A program made the position numbers and the translations under genes. From Paraspadella gotoi (Eukaryota; Animalia; Chaetognatha), in NCBI GenBank assembly GCA_051294375.1, contig CM119267.1:23127486-23191485 (forward strand): 64,000 nucleotides of DNA. Direction: 5' to 3'. Positions 25,564 through 38,014 of the stretch are shown here, piece by piece. A model generated the notes under the pieces. That model searched no databases and had not been told where the DNA came from. It saw only the letters and a program-made list of their open reading frames with translations. Positions within the stretch are counted from its first letter, which is position 1, and every line of letters begins with the position of its first letter.

Positions 25564-28500
25564 ATGTGGCCTCAAATAAGTTTTAATGTCGACAGCGGTT
25601 ACCTGGAAGGCTTGGTGCGCGGGTTCAAAAGCGGCATCCTTAAGCAGACTGGTAAATTTGCAAGTTGAGTCATGAATCTTTTATTATTAATTATTATTAA
25701 TTCTATTATCAACAGATTACCTTAACCTGGTCCAATGCGAGACACTGGACGATCTGAAGCTCCACTTGGCGTCAACGGACTACGGCAACTTCCTCGCCAA
25801 CGAAGCCGGACCCCTCACTGTCAACACCATCGACGACAAGCTGAAGGAAAAGCTCGTCGTCGAGTTTCAGCACATGCGCAACCAGGTCGAGGAAGGAATT
25901 TCTGTTTCAATTGACCTGACAAGGCCTTTACAATCGTCTAATGCTTTTTTAATCTATGTGATTTTGAGGTGATGTTTTGGGCTTAACTTGTAAAGCTTTT
26001 TAAAAAATTCACGATGTTAAATTGAATATACAGATTTGCTACATCTTGGACTCGTAATCAATGTCTCCTTGGAAGAAAAGCCAAGTTAACATATCCAATC
26101 ATTTACTCTTTCAACACCTTTGCTATCCCTTTCTCAATCCCTTCAGGCTGTGGAACCTCTCTCGACGTTCCTCGACTACATCACCTACTCGTACATGATC
26201 GACAACATCATTCTGCTCATCACTGGCACGCTCCATTCTCGCCCCATCACCGAGTTGATCCCTAAGTGTCATCCCCTGGGATCTTTCGAGCAGATGGAGG
26301 CCATTCACATCGCAGGTGGGAGAGAGAGCAGGATTGGATTTTTTGCTCTTTTCTATTTCTTAACATTGAAGAAATTTGAACCCGTTTTCTAATTATTCAT
26401 TCTTCGAAAGACACAGACGTTTTCTTTTTCACTTGTTTTTATTATTACGAGAGTTAATAGTAATCTCTCTACATTACTACAACCTTTAATCACTCCTAGT
26501 TTGACGAATTGTCTCTCGCCACCGTAAGAAACTCAGAATAGCGCAATATGCTAATTAATTTTTGTTGCTTCTTTTTGTAGCAACGCCGGCCGAGTTGTAC
26601 AACGCGGTGCTTGTCGACACGCCTCTGGCCAACTTCTTTCTCGATTGCATCTCGGAACAAGACCTCGATGAGCTAAATGTTGAGATCATTAGGAACAAAC
26701 TCTATAAGGTAGCGTATTTTGAGTTTTTTGCTTAGTTAAGATTGTTACCATTATAAGTATAAAATATATGTTAACATTTTTTTTACAAAAAATTATTAGA
26801 TTAATTGAACGCATCTATATTTTTTTCCAATCAGGCTTATCTGGAGAGCTTTTACCAATTCTGCGAAAACCTTGGTGGAACAACGGCAGAAATCATGTGC
26901 GAGATTTTGGCTTTCGAGGTAAGGGGACTCAAAGGCGGAGGTTGACGCATGCGCACGAGTCTTTTTTATTGAATAGTCTTATAAGAAGTCAAAATAAAAT
27001 TTAATCATTTGCAAATTCTTTCATAGCAATTCTTTATTCTATTAGTCTCTTATTTTTTTCCCCTTGAGATTGACTGTGATAACAAATAAATTAATTATGT
27101 AAATTATTATTATTAAATTATTATGTAAAGTTAATAAAAAGTCCGATGATGAATTCACGAAAGTTTTTTCCCCGACACCCAGGGCTTTAACAATTTCCGA
27201 ATCCTTCCCTCCCCTACTCTTCCCCGCCCCCTTCCCGAAAAAGGCGGACCGTCGTGCGTTCATCATCACCATCAACTCTTTCGGGACGGAGTTGACCAAG
27301 GAGGATCGACGCGATCTTTACCCTACCTGCGGACGCCTCTACCCCGAGGGCTTGGACGCTCTGGCGAGAACGGACGAGTACGATCAAGTCCGGTCCATCG
27401 CCGACTACTACGCCGAGTACAAGGCGCTCTTCGACGACTCTGGCAGCAATCCGGGTGAGAGAGGAAAAGGGGGGGGGAAAGAGAAAAAAGAATAGGATTA
27501 TTGATTAAGTGACAAATTGATTTTAGTGGTATTTTGTTTTATTAATTTAGTGATTTATTAAATTTTAATTATTGAGGAGAGGAGACCTAAAAACAGAAAC
27601 GTGAACGGGTCACTTCTGGTCAAAAAATCCTGCACAATCATTGATTTTTTGCATGGTTTGAGTAATTTATTGAAGGATTTATTATTTTTTTATGACACGT
27701 GCTTGAAACAACACTGTTAACAAAACCAATAACAACCTCTCTCCATTTTTGATTGGGGATCTTAGGCGACAAGACGTTGGAGGATCGGTTTTTCGAACAC
27801 GAGGTCAAACTCAACATCACTTCCTTCATGCAGCAATTCCACTTCGGAGTTTTCTACGCCTACGTCAAGTTAAAGGAGCAGGTGAGCGGTCGAGTGTGTT
27901 CGCTTTAGATGGCCTATCACGGGGTGTCGTTAGTGCGAAGATTAGCTAAATGTAAACTGTTTATCTGAGTGGAAAAATCGCTTAAGTATCCAGTGTTTCG
28001 ATCAATCTTTTTTCTGCACAACGTCGGCCGATGGTAGTTTAACTGGGACTGTTTAAAACAAGTTAGCATCTCAGCGAGAGTCCCTAATTTCGCTTCGCTT
28101 AATTGATGTTAAATGTTTAAACGAGAGTTATTTTCGAACTTTTCAATCTTTTCCGTTTTCGAATTAAGTTTATTTTGCCGAAAAATTTTAAATTACGATT
28201 TCAATCGGGAATTAATTGTTATAAATCGTAATAGAATAAAAAAAGCATTATTAAAAACCGCGCGCAACAAAGTCTAAAATGGAATTCAATTATCCAAATT
28301 CAAATTTTTTTCCCAATTGACGTGATTATTTGTGACAAGGTCGCTATTTCAAATTCGGATTCAACAAGAATCTTTTTGAATTTAGCGTGATGAAAAATTA
28401 GATCGAATTTTACTTTATATATCTTATTATTTATTATTGTATATATTTAAAAATGTATTCGACGTCCGCAACCAACCTTATCTACCACCGATCGGTGCTT

Positions 28501-30768
28501 TGTTAATCCATTTAATTTTGTTTTCCTTCTAGCGTCGAGTCTCACTTTGCGCAGTAATATATATTTTTTTTGTTCAGTAATACAAATTTTATAATTTTAT
28601 AATAAATAATAATTATTTTAAATTTATTTTAATTGCTATTTTTCTGTTTGAGGTAAAAAATGAATTGTTTACGTACAAGTTTTATAAAGAAACAAATTTC
28701 GGACATGTTTCAGCTTCAATGTAAGCTTTCATCAGCGCAAAAACGAATTGATTTGTTTGTGAAAGTCTGTAAAAATATTTTTTTACAAATCTATTCGTTT
28801 CTTTAAAAAACTTGTTGTACGTAAACAAGCAAGGAAAGGAAAGGAAAAACAATATTTTTATATTTTTTAAACAGTTAGCAATTGGGTTAAGGTTGGTTAG
28901 TAAGGCGTAGTAAAATTTCTAAATTTAACTTTAATTAAAATTCTAAAAGTGAGGAACGAACAACATTATACTAATGAACATTTATATAATAAAAAAATTT
29001 ATAATAAATTTTACAATTTACGCAGTAGGCCATATTTATACTAGTATAAACAATAAATGTTAAAATTTCAAAACAGTTTTTTCTAAGATTTTTTTGGAGA
29101 TTTGGATTCGTCATAAAAAGTTGATAAAAAGAAATATAACTCTTTTTGAAAAATTCCTTCATTAAGTGGGTCAAAAATTTAAAAAACTATATTTTAAGCT
29201 GAAAATTAACTTTTTATATATTAAATATAGTTTTTTAACTTTATAACCCACTTAATGAAAGAATTTTTAAAAATGATTTATATTTTCTTTTATCAACTAT
29301 TTGAGAGGAATTCAAATCTGCAATCAAATTAAGAAAAGCCTATTTTGAAATTTTTTGATATTTCTAAGCATAGTACTATATATAAAATACCTACTGCGAC
29401 AATTAAAAAGCATAAAATTAATTTTTTTTACAAATAATGTTTACTGTTAGAGCGTTGAAAAATAACAAAATATAACAAATCAAGTGAAGTACATAGCTAT
29501 TTTAGTGTAATTGAGTCTGTAGAATTCGATGGTGATGACCATTTTTGTATATAATTTTATCTTTCTTGTCGGAAATAAGGGTTTTTAATGTATAAAAAGT
29601 TGTTATAAAATAGTTAAAACCATTATAAGTTATGATAAATCAATTATTAAATTTTATTAAATTTATATGAGCTTTTGAATATAAAAATAAAGACTATAAA
29701 AATATTTTGTAAGTTTATTTCTAAATTTTATTTTTATAAAAAGTTAGTTAACTATATTTATAATAATTATAAGTAAAAATTGGGTAAGTTAAAAAATAAT
29801 AATTTCAAAATTTTTTTCATGGATTTGGATTCTTTGCAAAAAGTTGATATAAAGAAAATATAATTTTTATATCAAAATTATGTCATTAAGTTGGTCCAAA
29901 ATTCATAAAAACTATAATTTAAGCCAAAAAATTGAAAAATTAAACAAAAATAATATTTTTAATATTTTTAACCTACATAATAAAAAAATTTTTTAAAATG
30001 GATTATACTTTCTTATATCAACTTTTGTAAGGAATTCAAATCCGATTTAAAATTTTAAATTTTAATTTTTCACTTTAGCTTATTTATTATTATTTATTAA
30101 TAAATATAGTTAACAAACTCTTAATGAAATATAAGATTTGTAAACAAACTTACCAAAATATTTATATGGTCTTATTTTCTATTATTAAGTTAAATAGGCT
30201 TTTATAAAATCTTAATAATTTGAGTTTCTTATACTCTACAATGTTTGCTACATTTTAATAGCACGTTATTTGCTGCAAAAATCGCCATTTCCGACAAAGA
30301 AGATGAGACTATACAAAAAAATGGTTATCATCATCGAATTCTACAGATTTTATTTCATTAAAATAGCTATGTACCTTACTTGATTTGTTATATATTCGTT
30401 ATTTTTCAACCCCTATTACTGATGGTATGTTGTTCATAATTGACTTTTAGAATTTTCGTATGTTTAACTTTCACTACGCCTTATTGGTTAGGGATTAGGG
30501 GTGGTTAGGGATTAGGGGTGGTTAGGGTTAGAGGTGGTTAGGAATTTATAATAAAAAGCTTTTCTACCCTTAACAATATCTTTTTTTTCTATATAAGTCG
30601 CTCATAAGAAGCGAAAAAAAAAACAGACCGCAAAATCCCGGTCGGCGAATGTAAAAATTAGCCAGAAATGTTATTTTTTATTAGGAGTGTCGAAACATCG
30701 TTTGGATCTCGGAATGCGTGGCGCAACGTCACAAGGCCAAGATAGACAACTACATTCCCATTCTCTAA
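25564..30768 (+). CDS. ATP6V0D1: V-type proton ATPase V0 subunit d (8 exons)
   Basis: Exons ~25564-25651, 25716-25885, 26147-26315, 26581-26708, 26835-26918, 27244-27454, 27766-27881, 30685-30768; [78 protein letters not shown]. Confidence 0.97.
28696..28742 (-). ncRNA. Minimal type I hammerhead ribozyme (Penelope/retrozyme type)
   Basis: Minus strand TTTTGCG-CTGATGA-AAGCTT-ACATTG-AAGCT-GAAA-CATG-TC-CGAAA: intact CUGAUGA and GAAA core, stem II AGCTT/AAGCT, palindromic ACAUGU short helix III, GUC cleavage triplet, short stem I. Confidence 0.7.
28901..30483. mobile_element. hAT-like non-autonomous element with 8-bp TSD and two internal foldback palindromes
   Basis: TSD TTGGTTAG at 28893-28900 and 30484-30491; TIR TAAGGCGTAGT.../...ACTACGCCTTA, imperfect over about 70 bp; internal palindromes at ~28975-29445 and ~29445-30421. 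Confidence 0.8.
30484..30542 (+). repeat. Telomere-like (TTAGGG-related) degenerate tandem array
   Basis: GGTTAGGGATTAGGGGT-type units; a related GGGTTAAGGTTGGTTAG lies on the other side of the hAT-like insertion. Confidence 0.75.
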
Positions 30769-31649
30769 AAAGGAAGATAAACAATGAAAAACAAAAAACA
30801 ACAAAACAATCTACGGAAACGCGACGCGAAAATCTGAGTCAACCCTCTTCTTTCTCCTCCGTTCTTTCCCCTTCCCTCCCCCGGAGTTATCCGTAAGTAC
30901 ATAATTTAATTACACCGATTTCGACTTAAACTTCCAAACTTAATCCACGGTATAAAAAAATTGTTACTCTCTACACCGAATCTCGATTTAAATTTAAAAG
31001 AAAAAAGCCGAAAACAAATGCCCCGCCCCCCCCCCCATTTCACATCCCTTCTTTGTCTGATGTGATTTTCTGACGAGATTCCGTCGCCTTCCTAAGGAAA
31101 ATCTAGTCCACAATCCGTTGATTAAACGCGGGATATATTTTGGTGAACAAACAATTTAATTAGAATTATATAAGTTACTTATGTCACTAAAAGTGACCAC
31201 GTTTGTGAATAACTTTCAAGCGAGCGAGCGGCATTTCGGTCGAAGACTCGGTGGTTTAATACTTTTTCCCCCCAAGATTTTATCATACGTGACTCGCGAA
31301 ACGGTATTTGTCTTTTTATATCGTGATATTTGTGTACAAATTTATATAATAGATTAATCATTCGGTTTTCTTTTGTCAAAGCATTAACACGTGATTATTT
31401 TTTCCGAATTTTTTGGTGAAGATGATATAAACACCGACTATATTTTAATACAAAATTTTGGTATTCTTTCTTAATCAGGATTCGTAACCTCCTACGTAAT
31501 AATATTTGATCGCGATCAACTCTCTCTCTCGTTTTTTCGGTTCCTGCTGGTTTTGGGATCCAAAAAAAAAAAACTTTTCTTTTTTGCATAAAGTTTATTT
31601 GCTATTTTCTCGTTTCTCTTCTCGGAGAGTAAATTCTAGTCTTTTTTTT

Positions 31650-31662
31650 TTAATAATCTCTC

Positions 31663-31719
<57 letters not shown>

Positions 31720-32776
31720 CTCTCTTCTCTCTCTCTCTGATTTTTTGTCGAAATTGTAATTCGCAAAAAGAAACATTACATAATAGTGAAAACTTAAGAC
31801 TTTAAAAAGTATTCAATTACATACAAAATAAATTATTCATTTCCTGCTTTCGATACGTTAAAAAATATCAATTTTACACGAATTACTACTATTATTCTAA
31901 TTAATATTACATCGTGATTGTTCCATTTTTTCCCACCCTTTTTTTTCTCGGCAGAAAAAAAATTGAAAAGGAAAAAAAAAGACTGCTCTCACTGTGTGTG
32001 CATCTCCCTTTGTGTGTGTGTCCATATCATCGAACGTTTTGTTGCTGCGCCGACGGAAAAAAATATTCTACTTCCACACATATACTCACACACACACACA
32101 CAGTTCCAAGTCTTGGCCGAAACCGGCCGCCACCGGCCGGCCCTGGTCCTCCATTCATCGCCGACCCTTCTCGCCGTCAATCACTCGAAACATTCTCTCA
32201 AATTCGAAATCCATTCTTCGCCAAAACGGAGGCAAACCGCGCTTTTTTTTTTACGGGAGCTCTCGCTCTCTTTTCTGTCTGTTCTCTCCTCTCGCCTCTT
32301 TTTATCCAATGAAAAAATAACAGCGATGAGAAGGAGAAAGAGAGAGAGAGACACGACGAAAATAGAAGGGGGGCGGACTCGAACAATTGGAGGTTTAAAA
32401 ATTTTGTTTTTGAAAAACCATTTTGTCTTCCATACGGCCGAGGCCCGTCGTGGGTAACGAGAGAAAAATTTTCTCTCTCTCTCTCTCTCGTCTTCTTCGT
32501 CACTCTCACGGTCATCGCCGTCGTTCCACATGGGCATTGATTTGTCGTTAATAGGGTGTTTCTGTTCGCGTCCGACCGACTGGGGGAACTCTCCTTTTTT
32601 TTTTTTTTTTATGCGTTGACAACATCCTTCTCTAATCTCTAAAGTCGCACCGCGATCCTTTCTTTCTCTCTCTTTCTCTCTCTCAGCTCTTTCGCATGGC
32701 TAACACTCCATATCTTTCCAAGAGGCTATCGAAAGGAGGGAATCTTAAAATCGGTACAATTCTTTTTCCTACGGAA

Positions 32777-32843
<67 letters not shown>

Positions 32844-34487
32844 AAAGAAACAGAAGGAAGAATTAAAGTAAAGAGACAGAAAAGAAAAGCATTATTCGTG
32901 GGAAGTGTTGTCGTCGTCTTGGTTTCAGTGTTGGCAAAACACGGAAAAGCGGGCGGAAAATGACCGTGTGGCGTGAGACATGGATTTACTCCCGTTTAAT
33001 GCCCGGTTGAAACGTGGCCAATTACTTCTCGCCAGCGGTTTCCTCGCTCCCTCTCTCTTTAAAACTTTTCTACGAAGGGAAAAAACAAAACAATTATAAT
33101 ATTCCTACGCGGCAAACAATAATAATGACGTTCGGGAAGAACGGGAGAAAGAGAGAGTCGGACGGGTTGTTTTCTGACAGGATCGACCTGGATTCGTTTT
33201 GATGATAATAAACTCTATGTGGCGATAGTGGCGTGGGGAGCTTGGGAAGAGAGAAGCCCAGGAGCGGGGAGTAGTTATGGATGTTGTTGGCGATGTCGGG
33301 CGCAAGGGTTTTGTTTAGTGTAGGGTGCAGGGTGTTCAGATATGAAAAAAGCTGATGAGAAAGGGAACTTCGAAATTGGTGGGAATCAAACTGCAATTTG
33401 GACTAAAGGGTATTACTGATTGTAGGGGTTTTGTGAATTTAAACAGTGGAATGAGTAAAGGAAAGGGAAGAGGGGGGGGAATGGTTTTTTGACTTCTCGT
33501 CGAGCATCCGCCGCCGGCGTAATTTAAAGGGGAAAAGGAGATTGACTGGATTTTTAAATTCGAAAAACACATTTTTTTCTTTTTGATGCATAATTTTCTT
33601 GGATCTCTTCCCCCCCCCACTTGCAGCCTTCTGCCCCTCGTTCTTCTGACTTTTAAAGAAAAAAAAACTTATCCCTCTTTTCCTCTTCTCTCTCTCTCCC
33701 GCCTTTCCCTGTTTTCCTTTCTCTTTTCCTCTCCGTCTCTATCCCTTGCCCGTTCGCGTCCGGGATAATTTAACTCGAGCCGAGGAGAAAGGATGTTCCG
33801 GATTTTTTCTTCTTTCTGCCTCAAGGGTATAGCTAGCGTGTCAAAGGTCATTTGAATCTCTCTTTTCGATTCGTGTCTCTTCGTTTTCGTCGGAATTGGT
33901 TTCTCTTCTCGTACTCTCTCTCTCTCTCTCCACCCTTCGGTAATCTTGTTATACAGTTTCTCTATTAAAACTAACTCGATCGGGAATGTCGGATAAATTT
34001 GTGTTTTTTCTCCGTTTAAAATTAGAGACAAAATACGAACCGAAAATGAGAAGAGGAAAAAAAAGGTGAAGGAAAATAGTTTTGATTTTTTTTCTAATTT
34101 GAAATTGGGAGGGAGGGAAGACGAAGTTGTTTTTTTGTCCGTATGTCTGTTTGCTCGAGGGCATGAAGTCCTCGCTCTTTTTCTTTCTCTCTCTCCCTCG
34201 CTCTTTCACTTTGAATTTGTATCTGAAATTCGTGTTTTTTATTTAAAATCGCACAGCGGGATGTACTTCCAATTTAAAAAACGTAACTACGCTAATTATA
34301 AAAATTTAGGTATCTAACGAAATATTATTTTGAAAAAAGAAAAAAACCATTTTGAAACAAAAATTGGTGGGTGAAATCAGCCTCGACCCCAAACACTAGA
34401 TTCTGAAGCTGCGAAGCTTCTCCATCTCTGCGTCTTGAAACTTCATTCGAATCCTCGCATGCATTATAATCGAGCAATTGAAATTTA

Positions 34488-34525
<38 letters not shown>

Positions 34526-34961
34526 ATAAAGCCTTGGTTATGAGTCGAAACTCGAAATCGGTTATTCGAGAACCAGGAATTTAAGTGATGTTCATATCCA
34601 AGTTAATTATAAAACTGTAGAGCGAAATAATTCCGCGATAAAACCGCAGGAATTTTTTTTTCAGCTAATCAAAGGCGAAACGCGAAAGTGTCTGACGGAG
34701 GTTCGTCACCAAACTCTCCTTCCCTCTCGAAACTGGAGAGATAGAGAGAGAGAGAGACCAGAAATTTATTACTTATTCCGTTTGTTACGAATTTGATAAT
34801 AACAAAAGTCAAAAAGCGTCCGGGGTGGGCGGTGTTATCTATTTTAATTCTCGCCTCGATTCGAGATTCATTAATATTCGAACGCTTGGTTAAAATATTT
34901 CCTCGAGTTGACTCATTTCTCACTGAATGATACAGGATTTTTTGCTATATGCGTTGTTATT

Positions 34962-35013
<52 letters not shown>

Positions 35014-35544
35014 CGAGGTAGGAATGAAAAGATCGCGTTTCAAAAAAAAATAATAAAAATGATCGATTTTAAGAAAAATATTTTAAAGTGCTCAATGTTT
35101 ATATAATATATTAGGCTACAAACGGCTAAACCTAATTGCAAGGTGGGAAATCAATGATAATATCGTCATGTCCATAAATGCTCCCATATATCATCGTACA
35201 TCGATTTGAAGTATTGCGTCTATCGTAGCATTGCTTCGTAACCGAGGGACGGCGCAATCGATCTTCGCGGGGCGCTCTTTTATCGGTTTCCTCCCTGATA
35301 ACGATTAATATCATTATTATTAACAATCATCTTCGTCTTCGCGGAAATTAACGGGGGCCCCACAAAAAAAGGAACAAAAAAAACAACGCAAGCGATCGGG
35401 AAAAATCTTTGCTAGGATCGAAGGAAAAAGAAAATCTCTCAAAAAATTCTCCGCCAGAAATGTGGAAAACAAAATGCTTTATCTCACTCCTATGTTTGCC
35501 CCAACGTCCTTGTTAGTTTTTGCTTCTTTCTTTTTTGATCCCCG

Positions 35545-35590
<46 letters not shown>

Positions 35591-36480
35591 CCCGACCGGC
35601 CAACCGTATTTCGTTCCTTTCTTAAACCAACTCGCCCAGCGAGCTTATTTCTGCTTTCTTATTTTTTTATTTTTTTTTGAGACCCCAGATTTATTTTTAT
35701 TTTTTGAAATTTTTGTGTCAGATTGAAACGAGAAATTTTTGTTGTAATTACTCGGGGAGAATAAATTGTTAAACTAGAAAAAAAATCAACTCCGATTTCA
35801 TAAAAGCAAAAGATAATAATTACTTAATTAATCTAATTAATCTATTCTCTTTCCTTTTAATTTTATGAAGCAGCGCGTATAAACTAAATATGTTTTCTAT
35901 TAATTTTCCTTGATCTGAGGATTCAATATGTCTGACATCAGTTAGAACAGTCTGTAGTGGCCACGCTTTTAAAAAGTAATTATTGTCTTTATATATTTAT
36001 TTATTGCTAATTGAAAAAAAAAAGATTGGAGTCTAATTTTATTTAAAATTAAAAATCAAAGTTAAAAATATTTGTTGATCGTCTCATATGGGTGAAATGT
36101 TATAATAAAAATAGTTTTATGAAAAATTTTATTTAATAGTATAAACAAATTTTAAGAATTTTTAAATTATAATTGTATATATTAATATATAGGGCAATTG
36201 TTTTTCACTATAAAATTTAGCAATATAAACGCTATTGAACTCCGACTCGAAAGTGTATCGCCAACGCGGGTCACAAAAAGTTAGAGAAGAATAGAAAAAG
36301 AGAAGGAGATGAAGAAAAGAAAGAAGAAGAAGAAAAAGAAGAGGGGCAAGGTGAGAGGAAAGTGGGATATGAGGAATGGGGACGGGAAAAATTGAGGGGG
36401 AAGGGAAGAGGAAGAAGTTTAGGATGAGGAAGGAGATTTGGACGAAGAAGAAGACTAACCCCGAGTGAAAGAAGAAGAAC

Positions 36481-36528
<48 letters not shown>

Positions 36529-36887
36529 CTTCAAAACCTGCTTTGTCCCTTTGAGAGTGGAATTACCACGTTCTCGATCTTTCGCTTTCCCATCCAAATT
36601 TCAGGGGTATAATTTAAACTCGTAAATTTTGAGCTGAAGCCTCGCTTGAGATATTTTTTCTCCTTGTCGGGGAAATATAATCGATGTTCGTTGCAGCGAG
36701 AGTTTCCTGTTTTCTCGATGTTTATCGTCGATCCCGCTTCCCGTTGACGTCGTTCTTTCTACTCGCATGACCTCATTGGAGTTTGTGTACAGATTTCTCG
36801 GCCAGCTCTCGATCGTCATCATCATGAGACCACTACCAGCCCGATATTTTTGTCTCTCGCTTCTCTCTCTCTCTCTCTCTCTCTCTC

Positions 36888-36963
<76 letters not shown>

Positions 36964-37389
36964 GTAATCTGTATATTTCGTCGTCAGTTTCTTTCTTCGG
37001 TTCCGATCCATTTTTCCGTTCCGACTTTGGATTTTTGCTCCGGTGGTGTCTCTCTCTCTCTCTCTCTTCTTTCTCTTTCTCTCTTTCTCTTTCTCTCTTC
37101 TCTCTTCTCTCTCTCTCTCTCTCTCTCTCTCCATCCCAAATGCTGCTACTTAGTTAATATGCCACCGTGCATGGACGACTTTATCGGATGAAGACGGGGA
37201 CGGCCTTAAACGGGAAGGAAAGAGAGAGGACGACGACGACCATGGGTAATGGATGGCTACACTCTTGATTGTCGGTGCACGCCATGGAATAATCATTGGA
37301 TGGAATTTTTCCCCGCGCCGCCGCAACGAAGACCCGAATTTTTCCATTTTCCACACGGATTTCTCTCTCTCTCTTTCTCTCTCTCTCTT

Positions 37390-37442
<53 letters not shown>

Positions 37443-37600
37443 TGCTCCCAGATGAAAACAACTTTGCTCCCCTTCCTCACCGATGATATGAAAAGGAGAA
37501 AAAAAAACTTACGCTCTTTTATCTCATCGCTTCGGCTGAAAACTTTTCTCTCTTGATCTCCGGCGAGAGAGCGGGAGTGAGTGAGAGAGAGCGAGAGATT
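31650..37600. repeat. Dense cluster of (GA)n/(CT)n microsatellites in the BCL9 upstream / 5' UTR intron region
   Basis: Long runs near 31660-31738, 32780-32840, 34490, 34965-35010, 35550, 36485-36527, 36860-36960, 37050-37130 and 37360-37440. Confidence 0.95.
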
Positions 37601-38014
37601 CTCTCCTGACGGATCGAGAGTAAATTGATTTGTTATCTTCGTTTCTCTTTTTATTTCAACCGTTTTGTTCTTTCAACAGATTAAGTTTTTTCGTTTTTAG
37701 ACTTCTCATCCGCGGACCGAAAAAAAACAAAAACTTCTTTCGCGGGGACGACGATGAGGTTGAATCCGGACGCGAACTCCGTTCAAAGACGGAGTAAGTT
37801 CGTGGAGACGACGCGACGGTGGAACTTATCGAATCCAATGGATTTATGAGCGAAAAAGAAATAGGGCGCGGTTTAAAAAAAAACGACATAAAACGATGAT
37901 CGACCAAAGGATTTGCGTCTAAAAAAAATTAAAAAATCCACTTCGTATTCGCGTGATTTCCTCGTTTGATACTTTAGCGCGCCGCGCGCGCGATTTGTCT
38001 TCCCGTCCGGCGCC

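Noticed and set aside
33352-33395. CTGATGA...GAAA on the + strand (possible hammerhead)
   Set aside because: Stem II is weak and there is no complementary stem I around the putative cleavage triplet.
31500-37600. Numerous ORFs with LSLSLS or ERERER runs
   Set aside because: They are translations of GA/CT microsatellites, not genes.
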